64,000 bases of DNA from Candidatus Bathyarchaeia archaeon (GCA_038727135.1 JAVYWL010000001.1:640001-704000), one strand, 5' to 3'; shown: positions 19,055-28,613, counted from the first letter of the stretch. Numbers and translations: made by a program. Notes: generated by a model from the sequence alone, not told the origin.

Positions 19055-19903
19055 TTATTCCTTTTTAAGCAAATCTTTTTCCAAGGCTTCAACACGTTCT
19101 TTAACTTTTTCAACTTCCATTCTTACACTTTCATTTTCTATCTCCTTTTTCCTTTGCTCGTTAGACTTTAGGATTAGCCGTAAGAACTCAGAGTCATAGA
19201 CTTTTAAAAGTAGTTCTGTGTTTGGTATGAGGCAGTGGCCGCCAATAACTCCAGGATAATGGAGTGGCTTGTTAAAATGCACTCTATGGATGTCCTCAAT
19301 CATATCTACAACTTCGTTGAAGTCTGCACCAAAATGTCTTGATATGCGGTGCATTTCCTGAAAACATACGATCATCCAAGCCCTATAAATAGTTTCAAAA
19401 AGCTTTGCAAGCTCAGTTTCCACAGGACCTTTTAAAACCTTAACTTTCAAGCCTAATTTCTCAAAATGTTTTTTAGCCAACTCCGCCGCTTCTTGCGTGG
19501 CACCACCAACATATTTGGTCCAAAACATAATATCTCGCTTCATAGTCTCCAAACTTCTATGCATCCCACGCACGGGCGAATGCGCAACCAAGGACTTTGT
19601 TTCCTCATAAATTTTCTGAGTCGTACCAGGTGGAACAGTACTGTCAATGATGGTAAGTTTAGGTTTAAATCTATGCATGTAATCAAGCGTGGCATAGACG
19701 AACCGCTGCTGGTCAGTGCATGGATAACAAATATGTATAACATCAAAAGCACCAGGCAGCTCAACATTACCTACTATGCTTCGCATTTTCGCTTCATCTA
19801 TATCAAAACCGTACACATCAAATTTCCCACTTTCCTTGAAAAGCTCAAAAAGCGCTTTACCAACCTCACCTAAACCTACGATCAAAACCTTTTCTCTCAC
19901 CAT
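19055..19903 (-). CDS. UDP-glucose/GDP-mannose dehydrogenase family protein (short form)
   Basis: VGLGEVG Rossmann, DSTVPPGTT, ELAKLFE, catalytic GGHCL; no C-terminal domain; ATG 19903. Confidence 0.85.
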   Translation of the reverse strand: MVREKVLIVGLGEVGKALFELFKESGKFDVYGFDIDEAKMRSIVGNVELPGAFDVIHICYPCTDQQRFVYATLDYMHRFKPKLTIIDSTVPPGTTQKIYEETKSLVAHSPVRGMHRSLETMKRDIMFWTKYVGGATQEAAELAKKHFEKLGLKVKVLKGPVETELAKLFETIYRAWMIVCFQEMHRISRHFGADFNEVVDMIEDIHRVHFNKPLHYPGVIGGHCLIPNTELLLKVYDSEFLRLILKSNEQRKKEIENESVRMEVEKVKERVEALEKDLLKKE

Positions 19904-19971
19904 AATATTTCCCTGACATTCAAATAACAAAGCAACATATAAGCTTGAACATGCATCGAACGGCCAACAAA

Positions 19972-20961
19972 TTAACCAGCGCTCTTCAAATCATCTAAAA
20001 TCTTCAAAATTACATCAACAGGATTTTCAAGATTAGCCAACAAATCCGCAACATTCTTTCTTTCACCAAGCAGCTTTTTAGCAATGTCGACAACAGAGGA
20101 TACCTCCGCCTTAAAGATCGGAAATCCCTTCTCAGCCAAATAGTCGTTCACGTACTGCTCATGAAACATGTCCACCACAATGGCCGGAGTCCCTTGTAAC
20201 GCAGCTTCCCTCGTAATGGTTCCACCAGCCCCAACAAACAAGTCCGCCTGCGCCACCAAACTCGCAGAATCAACAAACCCCCTCGGAATAATTAAGCCTT
20301 TAATAGTTTTCCGGTGGTATCTTTGAAGAAAAATAACCGTGCCCAACTGCGTCAACTTCCTCGCTAATTCAACAAAAGAAAATGTTTCTTTTGCGTAAAC
20401 AGCCCTCTCTTCAACCTCCCTGACAACAATGAGCGGCTTCCTAAAATCATACTTAACCAGAGGTTTAAAACCCCTAATCCATGCAACCTCATCAACACCG
20501 TCGAATTGAATTATTTTTCCACTTATATTATATCTCTGCAGGGTTGTCACTGGAATGGCCTTTGAAGCGACAATATAATCTGCAAGAGGTAAGGTAAGCC
20601 TGTGCACGGCATCAGCATAAGGGGTGTCAACAGTCGTTATTGTCGGAATTTTCAATCCAAAAGCCACCCGAATCTGATCCACTGAACCATGTGAGATAGC
20701 GACGTCTGGGACTTTTTCCTCAAAAATTTTGCAAAACAACAGTTGGCGCTTTGCCCCTTCCCTAAGTCTGAAAAGTAAGGATTTTGGATTATACTTTCCG
20801 ATCACAATGAAATTTTCATTTAGAAATTTTGCCAGCGGTATCGTGTCCGGATGCCGGCGAGTCGTTAATACAACTTCATGCCCGCCTTCCCTAAGTTTTT
20901 TCGCTATAGCAACTCCGTAACGCACATGTTTTCCAGTACACGCGTCATACCATACATACAT
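19972..20961 (-). CDS. DUF354 family GT-B / lipid-A-disaccharide synthase-like protein
   Basis: VWYDACTGKH, FDGVDEVAW, GAGGTITREAALQGTP; TAATG-coupled to the upstream gene. Confidence 0.8.
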   Translation of the reverse strand: MYVWYDACTGKHVRYGVAIAKKLREGGHEVVLTTRRHPDTIPLAKFLNENFIVIGKYNPKSLLFRLREGAKRQLLFCKIFEEKVPDVAISHGSVDQIRVAFGLKIPTITTVDTPYADAVHRLTLPLADYIVASKAIPVTTLQRYNISGKIIQFDGVDEVAWIRGFKPLVKYDFRKPLIVVREVEERAVYAKETFSFVELARKLTQLGTVIFLQRYHRKTIKGLIIPRGFVDSASLVAQADLFVGAGGTITREAALQGTPAIVVDMFHEQYVNDYLAEKGFPIFKAEVSSVVDIAKKLLGERKNVADLLANLENPVDVILKILDDLKSAG

Positions 20962-22043
20962 TACTCACACCAACAATACATTTCACCAACTATCTTGCCA
21001 TCTTTAACAAGCTTAGCAGGTGCATCGATGTGACGCATCCAGTAAATGTTTTCTGGCAAAATGTTGTATTTTGGGATTTCTGGAACACTTTCCTTAAAGG
21101 CAAGTTTAACATACAAGTATGGAATATTTGCACAATAATCTTTACGTAAAACCTTGCTAGCATAAGAGAAGAAGAACGACGTTGTAAACATTCTTGCAGC
21201 ATTAATCTCTGTAACACGCGGCACACCATCTCTACCCTCCTTCATGTCCACACATGCTATCCCGTTAAAGTTTGGGTCTATGGCGAGAACAGCCTCCGTT
21301 GCAATCCTATTCACATTATTGTCATGTATAGTTCTTTGGACAGCCGGCGTGCCTGTCACTCCAGAAGGCGCAAGATGTGGATATATGTATTCAATGCGTT
21401 CTCTAGCCATAGAGGTTACAAGCTCCCCATTCTTCCAGAGGCTGTGGAAGCCTATGTTTCTTCCCGGCAGGTGTTCTTGGGCTATGAAATCCCATTTCAT
21501 GCCGCGCGCCCTCCAATAGTTAATCCATGAAAGAGCCGTCTCTTTATTGTAGGCTGGTGTGCTTCCTCTTCCACCAGCACCGTGCCGCGCCCTTATCCAA
21601 ATGGGACTGCCCAACTCCTCAAAAGCTTTATCAACATCCTTTTCATTGCGAATTTCCACAGTTTTTGCCACCGGAACACCCTTCTTCATCCAAATTTTGG
21701 CAGATTCAAGTTTATCTTGACATATCTTCACAGTCTCTTTCGAAGGCAAGAACACACCCGCCTCAATTTTCTCACGATTTTCCGAAACAACAGCCACTTC
21801 AGTGTCGGTTTGCGCATGCAAAAACTCAGCCCTCTCTTTCCAGATAATCTCATTTAACCTTTCGATATAGTTCTCCTCTTCAGCCCTTGGAACCAGATAC
21901 TTCCTATCAGCTGGCGCCAAATAAATAAAATGCTCGTTCGCTTCAGTTCCCACTATGAAAATCTTCTCCGGGGCAAGGCGAAGAGACATTATAAAGTTTA
22001 TTCCAGCTGGCCCGCCGGCACCAGTAACTATAATCCTTTTCAG
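20961..22043 (-). CDS. ATP-grasp carboxylate-amine ligase
   Basis: IIVTGAGGPAG, CQDK, GAGGRG, QEHLPG, EINAAR. Start uncertain: CTG 22043 behind SD GGTGAT, or GTG 22052. Confidence 0.85.
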   Translation of the reverse strand: MKRIIVTGAGGPAGINFIMSLRLAPEKIFIVGTEANEHFIYLAPADRKYLVPRAEEENYIERLNEIIWKERAEFLHAQTDTEVAVVSENREKIEAGVFLPSKETVKICQDKLESAKIWMKKGVPVAKTVEIRNEKDVDKAFEELGSPIWIRARHGAGGRGSTPAYNKETALSWINYWRARGMKWDFIAQEHLPGRNIGFHSLWKNGELVTSMARERIEYIYPHLAPSGVTGTPAVQRTIHDNNVNRIATEAVLAIDPNFNGIACVDMKEGRDGVPRVTEINAARMFTTSFFFSYASKVLRKDYCANIPYLYVKLAFKESVPEIPKYNILPENIYWMRHIDAPAKLVKDGKIVGEMYCWCE

Positions 22044-22071
22044 GGAAATCACCTTGAAATTCGCAACTCTC

Positions 22072-22079
22072 ATATAAAG
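22072..22079. promoter_or_regulatory. TATA box likely shared by the divergent tRNA-Val and glycan operon
   Basis: ATATAAAG (+) / CTTTATAT (-) about 30 nt from both the tRNA 5' end and the likely ATP-grasp start. Confidence 0.55.
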
Positions 22080-22108
22080 CAAGTCCGATTTATTTCTATC
22101 CGTAACGA

Positions 22109-22186
22109 GGGCCGGTCGTCTAGCTTGGTTAGGACGCAGCCCTTACGAGGCTGAGGTCGCCGGTTCAACTCCGGCCCGGCCCACCA
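22109..22186 (+). tRNA. tRNA-Val(TAC), intronless, CCA encoded
   Basis: Acceptor GGGCCGG/CCGGCCC + ACCA; anticodon stem CAGCC/GGCTG with loop CT-TAC-GA; T arm GCCGG-TTCAACT-CCGGC. Confidence 0.97.
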
Positions 22187-22196
22187 AAATTTTATC

Positions 22197-22955
22197 TTAG
22201 TAAATGATGTCTGGTAAGATTTCCAAAATCTTTTTTGGAGAAAATACGCTTAAAGTGGCGTTTGGCAGCTTTTTGCCAACTTTTGGAATTAATCCAGTAG
22301 CGTCTGTTCCAAGCTTGCAGATGATGGCGTATTCAAAAAGTCCTAACTGTTCAATTCCAACGATGTCATTTTGGCACCTAGCCTCTTTCAGCGCTATCCT
22401 TATTTCTTGTTGGGATGCACCTAAAACCATCAGTCTATCAAAAAGCGACTTTATCCATCTTTTGTACTGCTTCAACTGATTTTCAGCTAAAGCAGCCTTT
22501 AAACAATTCCCGTAGGCACCGACTATTTTCGCTTTTAAGGGCATATTTTCACAGAAACCATAAAGCTCAACGATTTTTTTGAGGGCGATTTTTCTCCCGT
22601 CTGTTAGCTGTGCTTGTAAGTGCTGCAGCGGTATTGCGACGTTTACGGTATTTGGTCCGATGTCCAGTTGGAGTTGTTCTTCCCTTTTGCCTAGGCTTTT
22701 TATGTACCCTCTTACTATCGAGAATTTTGTTATATTGCTGATGTGGGTTGGGCACAATCCAACCGTGTTTTCTAGAAAGCTTAACGCCGCCTTCTCGTCC
22801 TCGCCTGAAAGGGTTGCTTGGATCCAGCCTTGCGGTGCGGCTTTGATGATTTCTATCTTAACCTTTAAGCCTTTTAGGGAGGACTTTAGGTATTCCTCCA
22901 CATTTTTCAGCTGATTATCATTATAGATTTTTGAGGATAGCGTCACGGTAGGCAT
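22197..22955 (-). CDS. DUF2110 family protein
   Basis: LSGEDEKAA, LGLFEYAIICKLGTDATGLIPKVG; family typically found next to tfe/HD genes. Confidence 0.75.
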   Translation of the reverse strand: MPTVTLSSKIYNDNQLKNVEEYLKSSLKGLKVKIEIIKAAPQGWIQATLSGEDEKAALSFLENTVGLCPTHISNITKFSIVRGYIKSLGKREEQLQLDIGPNTVNVAIPLQHLQAQLTDGRKIALKKIVELYGFCENMPLKAKIVGAYGNCLKAALAENQLKQYKRWIKSLFDRLMVLGASQQEIRIALKEARCQNDIVGIEQLGLFEYAIICKLGTDATGLIPKVGKKLPNATLSVFSPKKILEILPDIIY

Positions 22956-23482
22956 TTGCAGTCTCCGATCATTGTTGACATTTCTTCGTGTAGTCTTCGT
23001 ATTCGTGCAATTGCTGATGGGGGCAGTTCTCTAGAAAGTTTTTCTATGGTCTTTTCGATTGGAACTCTTTTTGATCCTTCAATGAGTTTGTCTGCGTAGG
23101 CAACTATTTTTTCTTCAAGAGTTTGGGGAACATAAACGTCTTTGGGCCATCCGAGGTTTTTTGCTTCACGCTGGGTTATGCCGCCGCCCACATGCCTCTT
23201 AATTATTGAGATTATGAGTTCTGGCAAGCCTAAGCTTTTGGCTATTTGTACTCCAGCCACGGCGTGGTGGACGCTGTGGGTTTTTGAGCGTCCAATATCG
23301 TGGAGAAGGGCGCCTATTTCCACAAGTTCTAGGTTGACGTTTAATCCTTTTTCTTTGCATGCTTTTGCAATTTCAACCGCGAGTTCTGTTACCGCTTCAC
23401 AGTGTCTTATGACGTTTTCTGAGCAGCCGCTTTCCCGTAGAAGTTGTAGGGCTTGCTCTCTTGTCGGGAGCTTTTCACTCAC
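22943..23482 (-). CDS. HD(IG)-domain phosphohydrolase (TIGR00295-like)
   Basis: VIRHC, ALLHDIGR, RHVGGG, PQTLEEKIVAYADKL. Confidence 0.9.
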   Translation of the reverse strand: MSEKLPTREQALQLLRESGCSENVIRHCEAVTELAVEIAKACKEKGLNVNLELVEIGALLHDIGRSKTHSVHHAVAGVQIAKSLGLPELIISIIKRHVGGGITQREAKNLGWPKDVYVPQTLEEKIVAYADKLIEGSKRVPIEKTIEKLSRELPPSAIARIRRLHEEMSTMIGDCKCLP

Positions 23483-23987
23483 CCAGCTCCTTCCTCAACT
23501 GTTCAACTTTTTCGGTTAGAACTTTGACTATTTTCTCGTTGTTGTAATGCATTAGTGGTTTGCCGCATGTGGGGCATTTAAAAACCAGTTCAACGGCTTC
23601 TTCGAAGGGCACTCGTTTGCATCCCGGCGTGTAGCAGTAGTAGAAGTCGTGGTTTTTCTCGTATTCTAGACGGATGTTTAGTTTTTCGAAGACCCTTCGT
23701 TTTTGGCTTAGTATGAAGCCTTCCAGCTGGTCTGGTTGCAGTTTCCAGTGGAATATGAACCATCCTGTTTTTGGATCTCTTGTTCGCCGTAAGCTTACGA
23801 GTGAGTGGTCGTAGAGCTTGTAGAGGATTTTGCGCACGTTGTTAAGTCTTATGCCAGTCTTGTTTGCCAGCTCATCGTCTGTTATTTCGTCTGAATTCTT
23901 CAATATCTCGATTAGTTTTACGGCTTCTTCTTCGCCGAGTGCCTCAGCAACCTTCATTAAGGTGGCATCATCAATTGTTGATAACAT
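23475..23987 (-). CDS. tfe: Transcription factor E alpha
   Basis: wHTH ITDDELA...VRKILYKLY, GWFIFHW, Zn ribbon C..PGC...FKCPTCG; ATG 23987. Confidence 0.95.
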   Translation of the reverse strand: MLSTIDDATLMKVAEALGEEEAVKLIEILKNSDEITDDELANKTGIRLNNVRKILYKLYDHSLVSLRRTRDPKTGWFIFHWKLQPDQLEGFILSQKRRVFEKLNIRLEYEKNHDFYYCYTPGCKRVPFEEAVELVFKCPTCGKPLMHYNNEKIVKVLTEKVEQLRKELGE

Positions 23988-24052
23988 AGCGACCCTTTTC
24001 TGCATCAGTCGTCGATTCCCTTTTATCCTACCTTATATATGCAAGCTTTAAT

Positions 24053-24628
24053 TTAAATCTCTTTTCTGGTTTCGGATTCGGAATCAAACTTTCTAGTCAC
24101 TTTTTTACCTCTTTTTTGTGGAATAATCATAAGCTTGGCATTCTCAAAGTTCTTGGCTAACTCCTTACCCTCAAAAAATCTGTCTAGAAAGACTGCGAGG
24201 CTTGCGCATTCGGAGTGAGGTTGGTTTCCAATTGCTACATTAAAGTCTGAAACATCTTCTGAGAAAAATTCGCCGGGAACTTTTTGGCTTCCAACGATGA
24301 CCAGTATATCCTTGTTTAGCGCTTTAATCCTTTGCAGCACGTCGCTTGTTTCGATGTTTTCGCCATAGGCTGTTAAGTGAACAACGATTCCGCCCTTTGC
24401 TTTCCATTCTTTTACAACTTTTTTCCAAGGGGTCCCCATCTCGAAATGGAAAGGTCCACCCCAGTTTTTCACAACCTTTTCCACAGTCGCCCTTATTTTT
24501 TCGTCTTCTATGTCAGAGAGTATGAACCCAGAGGCTCCTAGGGCTCTGGCGGTTAATGCCACGTGGGTTGTTAGGCGCAAGTCTCTTTTTGGTCGGTGTC
24601 CCCATCTTAAAACAAAAATTTTTGGCAT
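24053..24628 (-). CDS. trm56: tRNA (cytidine56-2'-O)-methyltransferase (SPOUT)
   Basis: [46 protein letters not shown]. Confidence 0.95.
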   Translation of the reverse strand: MPKIFVLRWGHRPKRDLRLTTHVALTARALGASGFILSDIEDEKIRATVEKVVKNWGGPFHFEMGTPWKKVVKEWKAKGGIVVHLTAYGENIETSDVLQRIKALNKDILVIVGSQKVPGEFFSEDVSDFNVAIGNQPHSECASLAVFLDRFFEGKELAKNFENAKLMIIPQKRGKKVTRKFDSESETRKEI

Positions 24629-24632
24629 GTTT

Positions 24633-25898
24633 TTAGTGTTTGAAGCTTTCAATTTTTCCACCGAGTTCTTCAACGCGGCTTTTCACTTTTTCAGCAAACC
24701 ATGGAACAGCCTCAAATGTTACATGGGCGGCATCGCCCTCATATCTAATTTCTTGGACATCCGCGCGACTGAAAAGCCATGAGAGGAAAGGCATTGCCTC
24801 ATTTGAAAGCGGCAAGGCAAAGGATGCTTGAACATAATTTCGCAGAGTTTTGGCTATTTCTTCCTTCAACTGGTTTAAGTTAAGTCCATAAAGAGCGGAT
24901 ATTAGCAATGGTTTTGGCGCTTTATCTTTGAGGGCTTCAAATCTTTGTTGCATTTCCGTTTCGGATAGTAGGTCGATTTTGTTTAAGGCTGTTATTATTG
25001 GGATGCCGGAGGCTCCTATGCGTTCTATTGTTTCTAGGCATACGGAGAGCTTTTTTTCGACTGTGGCTAGTGGTTCGCTGATATCCACGACGAGCAGTAT
25101 TAGGTCAGAGTATATGGTTTCTTCCAGTGTTGAACGGAAGGCCTCTATTAGTGTGAGTGGTAAGCGGTCTATAAAGCCTACGGTGTCTGTTAAGAGGAAC
25201 TTTTTTCTTGAAAACTTTACAAGTCTCGTGGTCGTTGAAAGAGTTGTGAAAAGAGAATCGTCGATGGGGACTTCCTCCTCTGTGAGCGCTGTGAACAATG
25301 AGCTTTTTCCAGCGTTTGTATATCCAGCCAAAGAAATTGAGGGGAACCCTAGCTCGGTTCTCCTTTCGCGGTGTAACAAACGTTTTCTTCTGATTCTTCT
25401 GAGCTTCTCTATAATTGTTTGTATTTGTCTTTTGACTGTTTCATAGTATACGTCAACCTCGTATGCGCCAAGCCCCATGAACCCGGGCTGTTCTCCAAGC
25501 TTTGCTAACCGCACTTTTTCTTTTGCCCTTGCCAACTCGTATTTGAGTTTGGCTAGCTGAATTTGCAGCTTCGCCTCCGTCGTGGTGGCTCTTCTTGCAA
25601 AAATTTCCAGTATAAGTTGGAAACGGTCTATTGCTTCCACACCAGTTTCTTTGGCAATGTTGTATGCTTGGACAGGTCTTAATGGATTGTCAAAAATTAT
25701 TTTTTGCGCGCCAGTCTCCCTCACAAGCTCGGCGAGTTCTTTAATTTTTCCATAGCCTATTTGGTATCGGGGGTCTGGGGCTCTTATCTGCTCTATTTTG
25801 CCAACAACCGTATAACCGGCTGACTCGGCTAGGCTTTTAAGCTCGTCAAGGGTGGACGGCTCGAAGGACCTTCGGCGTTGTACTATTATGGCTTTCGT
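24633..25898 (-). CDS. hflX: GTPase HflX
   Basis: [23 protein letters not shown]. The conserved N-domain ([13 protein letters not shown]...YQIGYGK) extends to an ACG at 25898 that overlaps the mbf1 TAA. Confidence 0.95.
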   Translation of the reverse strand, partial: TKAIIVQRRRSFEPSTLDELKSLAESAGYTVVGKIEQIRAPDPRYQIGYGKIKELAELVRETGAQKIIFDNPLRPVQAYNIAKETGVEAIDRFQLILEIFARRATTTEAKLQIQLAKLKYELARAKEKVRLAKLGEQPGFMGLGAYEVDVYYETVKRQIQTIIEKLRRIRRKRLLHRERRTELGFPSISLAGYTNAGKSSLFTALTEEEVPIDDSLFTTLSTTTRLVKFSRKKFLLTDTVGFIDRLPLTLIEAFRSTLEETIYSDLILLVVDISEPLATVEKKLSVCLETIERIGASGIPIITALNKIDLLSETEMQQRFEALKDKAPKPLLISALYGLNLNQLKEEIAKTLRNYVQASFALPLSNEAMPFLSWLFSRADVQEIRYEGDAAHVTFEAVPWFAEKVKSRVEELGGKIESFKH

Positions 25899-26434
25899 TA
25901 AGCTCTTTCCTCCGCTTCATCCTTGTCCTTACCGAGTTGTATGATATCCCCCAATGTGAGACTGCGACTTGGTTGTTTGGAAGCAATTGGTACCGGAACT
26001 TTTTCTTGTGCAGCCGGCACTAAAAGCTTAATTTTTAGCGCGTGTTCCAGTTTGACTGCCAGTTTGTCGTCTGGCTTAATTTTTCTAGTCTCAACTTTTT
26101 TGAGAACAGACACTTTTTCATTTATCTTTTTACCCAATTCTTCATGGGTTAAGCCCAATTTTTCCCTTGCTTGCCTTACCCTAACGTCGTAATCATCAAC
26201 AAGTTCAAGAGGGCTCTCAAAAACTGCTTGAGCCTTACTTGCAGCTTGAGCTTTTGGTGCTTGGAGTAGTGCTACTTTTGGCTTAATCTTGGGCATGGGA
26301 GTCTGCTTTACCTCTTCTTCCCAAATTATTGTGCCGTGCTTTGAGCATTCGCTGCAAACTGTTAGTTTTGCCCCTTCAATTAGGGCTCTTATGGGTTTGC
26401 CATGAATTTTTCGTCCACAAACTTCGCAGCGCAA
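25898..26434 (-). CDS. mbf1: Multiprotein bridging factor aMBF1
   Basis: CEVCG...VCSECSK Zn ribbon plus HTH ARE.LGLTHEELGKKINEK, TLGDII. Confidence 0.93.
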   Translation of the reverse strand: MRCEVCGRKIHGKPIRALIEGAKLTVCSECSKHGTIIWEEEVKQTPMPKIKPKVALLQAPKAQAASKAQAVFESPLELVDDYDVRVRQAREKLGLTHEELGKKINEKVSVLKKVETRKIKPDDKLAVKLEHALKIKLLVPAAQEKVPVPIASKQPSRSLTLGDIIQLGKDKDEAEERA

Positions 26435-26528
26435 TCTTTGTAGCACTCCTTTCTAACTCTTTAATACTTGGCACTTGGTTATGTTTATAGTTGTCGAATT
26501 GCAGCTTGCTGGATAAATGGTGATTTGT

Positions 26529-26999
26529 TTGGAAAATGCTCTACAGCGAATCAGAAGCGTTGCAGACTACCAATTTGGGAAAGGTGTTGGCGAAGTGCTC
26601 TTTCCGCAAGACGTGGAAATAGCCTACTCAAAACGTACTGGAAGAATACGTTACGTCTTTCTGAACGGAAAGAGGCTTGCCACAATGCGACCAATGGATG
26701 GATTATTCTCCCTAAGCATTGAAGGAGCGAAAAGAATCCTAGAGAGTGGCGTTCCGGCTAAATGCATAGTCACCGTTAAAAATGATGTTTCCAAATTTAT
26801 TGCCAAGGGCGGCGACGTTTTTGCCGTGCATGTTTTGAAGGCGGATGATGAAATTCGCCCAAAAGACGAGGTCATCGTGGTTAACGAAAGGGGCGAGGTT
26901 TTGGCCGTTGGCAAGGCCATGTTGTCTGGAGAGGAGATGACGGCGTTTAAAGTTGGTGTGGCGGTCAAGGTTAGACGTGGCAGTTCGGAAGAAGGTTAA
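26529..26999 (+). CDS. Pre-PUA/PUA RNA-binding protein (archaeosine TGT C-terminal-like)
   Basis: RIRSVADYQFG, SKRTGRIR, IRPKDEV, GVAVKVR. Confidence 0.85.
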   Translation: MENALQRIRSVADYQFGKGVGEVLFPQDVEIAYSKRTGRIRYVFLNGKRLATMRPMDGLFSLSIEGAKRILESGVPAKCIVTVKNDVSKFIAKGGDVFAVHVLKADDEIRPKDEVIVVNERGEVLAVGKAMLSGEEMTAFKVGVAVKVRRGSSEEG

Positions 27000-27048
27000 G
27001 TATAAGAAGCATAAATAGGTTAGTGGTTAAAATGGAGGCTAAAGACTG

Positions 27049-27402
27049 TTGATGCGTAGGCGAATAAGCCCCCGAGAAGCCAAGCGGATGATGCAACGCA
27101 TGGGCTTAAGCATGGACGCCATCCCAGACGTTGAACAAGTCATCATAAAAACCAGCAGCAAGGAAATAGTTATCGAGAATCCTGAAGTGGCGGTTGTTGA
27201 CATTCAAGGGCAGAAAATGTTTCAAGTGGCTGGTGGAAAAATAACAGAAAAGGTTGTGGAGCGCAAGCTGGCTATACCTGAGGAGGATGTGAGGCTTGTG
27301 GCAGACCAAACTGGAAAAAGCCTTGAAGAGGCAAGAAAGGCTTTAGAAGAATGCGACGGTGACCTGGCAAAAGCCATCCTTTTACTTCAATCTAAATTAT
27401 GA
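27049..27402 (+). CDS. nac: Nascent polypeptide-associated complex protein
   Basis: SPREAKRMMQRMG, NAC domain, UBA EEDVRLVADQTG...GDLAKAI. Confidence 0.95.
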   Translation: MMRRRISPREAKRMMQRMGLSMDAIPDVEQVIIKTSSKEIVIENPEVAVVDIQGQKMFQVAGGKITEKVVERKLAIPEEDVRLVADQTGKSLEEARKALEECDGDLAKAILLLQSKL

Positions 27403-27424
27403 TTAGTCTTTTGGATGAGATTTA

Positions 27425-28342
27425 ATGGATTTTGATATTGTTTCAGTGGGACATTTTAGTATAGACTCAATAAACTTGCCAAATAGACGGTTACCCTATA
27501 TTATTTTAGGCGGTTCAGTGGTTTATGTTTCACTTTCAGCTAAACGTCTAGGTGCAAATGTTTCCATAATCTCAAAAGTCGGCGAGGACTTTCCTGAAGC
27601 CTACCTGTGGTGGCTTAGCCAAGAAGGCATAGATACTTCTCAAATAACCAAAATCAAACAAGAGAAAACTACGAGATTTGAGTTAAAATACAGTTACGAC
27701 ATGTCAAACCGCAACATGCGCCTTGCCAGTAAGGCACCCACAATACAAGTTGAAGACTTGCCGAAATCTTTGCGGGCTAAAGCTGTTCATCTCGCTCCAA
27801 TAGCAAACGAAATTTCATATGAAGTTGCCAAAGAAGTGGCAAAATCAGCTGAAGTGGTATCCTTAGACCCTCAAGGGCTCGTTAGAATTTTTGATGAGAA
27901 CGGGTTTGTTGTGAATGAACCGTTAAAAGACAAGCGTATACTCGAACTTGTAGACGTATATAAATCTTCAAGAGAAGAGGTTGAGGTCGTCACTGGCATG
28001 GCTGATTTACACTCAGCCATAAAGGCTGTCCACGACTTCGGCGCGGAAATAGTAATAGTAACCATGGGCATGAAAGGGGCGGTGTTATCAATAGGTGGAG
28101 CAGCGTATGAGATTCCAGCATTTACGCCCAACAAGTTTGTAGACCCGACTGGTGCTGGAGACGCGTTTATTGGCGGTTTCTTGGCGGAATATGTCCGCGG
28201 CAAAGAAGCCCTGTGGTGTGCGTGCGTTGGTTCTGCTGCAGCCTCAACGGTTGTTGAAGGTGTTGGTCCAACTTTCTTTGGCGATAGAGACGAGATCTAC
28301 CGAAGGGCAAGCGTGCTGTACGAAAAAGGAATTAAGCATTGA
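27425..28342 (+). CDS. PfkB-family carbohydrate/nucleoside kinase
   Basis: LGGS, LDPQG, DPTGAGDAFIGG. Confidence 0.9.
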   Translation: MDFDIVSVGHFSIDSINLPNRRLPYIILGGSVVYVSLSAKRLGANVSIISKVGEDFPEAYLWWLSQEGIDTSQITKIKQEKTTRFELKYSYDMSNRNMRLASKAPTIQVEDLPKSLRAKAVHLAPIANEISYEVAKEVAKSAEVVSLDPQGLVRIFDENGFVVNEPLKDKRILELVDVYKSSREEVEVVTGMADLHSAIKAVHDFGAEIVIVTMGMKGAVLSIGGAAYEIPAFTPNKFVDPTGAGDAFIGGFLAEYVRGKEALWCACVGSAAASTVVEGVGPTFFGDRDEIYRRASVLYEKGIKH

Positions 28343-28400
28343 AGTGCATTGTATTCTGTTAAAGTCTGAAAAATGCATAAGCCAATGTGAGGTTCAGCCT

Positions 28401-28613
28401 TTGGGGCGTGTTGCAAAGGGCGTTAAATGCAGTGTTTCGGGATGTGGCAAAGAGGCTAAACGCTCCCTTTCGGCAGCCAAAGTTAGAATGGCTGGATTAA
28501 GTATAGGCAGCAGCGAAAGGCGCGCGTACCTATGCGAAAACCATTACAAGGAATTTAAGAAGCGGACGAAGAAGGAGAGGAAAATTGAGCAGTGGCGGTA
28601 TAAAGGCGTGTAA
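28401..28613 (+). CDS. Small basic Zn-finger protein (CSVSGC...LCENH)
   Basis: TTG 28401 behind SD GAGGT; 70 aa; C-x4-C...C-x2-H; Lys/Arg-rich tail; directly upstream of thrS. Confidence 0.8.
   Translation: MGRVAKGVKCSVSGCGKEAKRSLSAAKVRMAGLSIGSSERRAYLCENHYKEFKKRTKKERKIEQWRYKGV

Noticed and set aside
22109-22186. tRNA-Val as the integration site of the glycan locus
   Set aside because: The locus is on the 5' side; I saw no integrase and no duplicated tRNA fragment.
24633-25898. hflX as an N-truncated pseudogene
   Set aside because: The frame is open and conserved up to the ACG that overlaps the mbf1 stop.
22197-26434. mbf1-hflX-trm56-tfe-HD-DUF2110 cluster as a novel system
   Set aside because: This is a known conserved archaeal gene neighbourhood.
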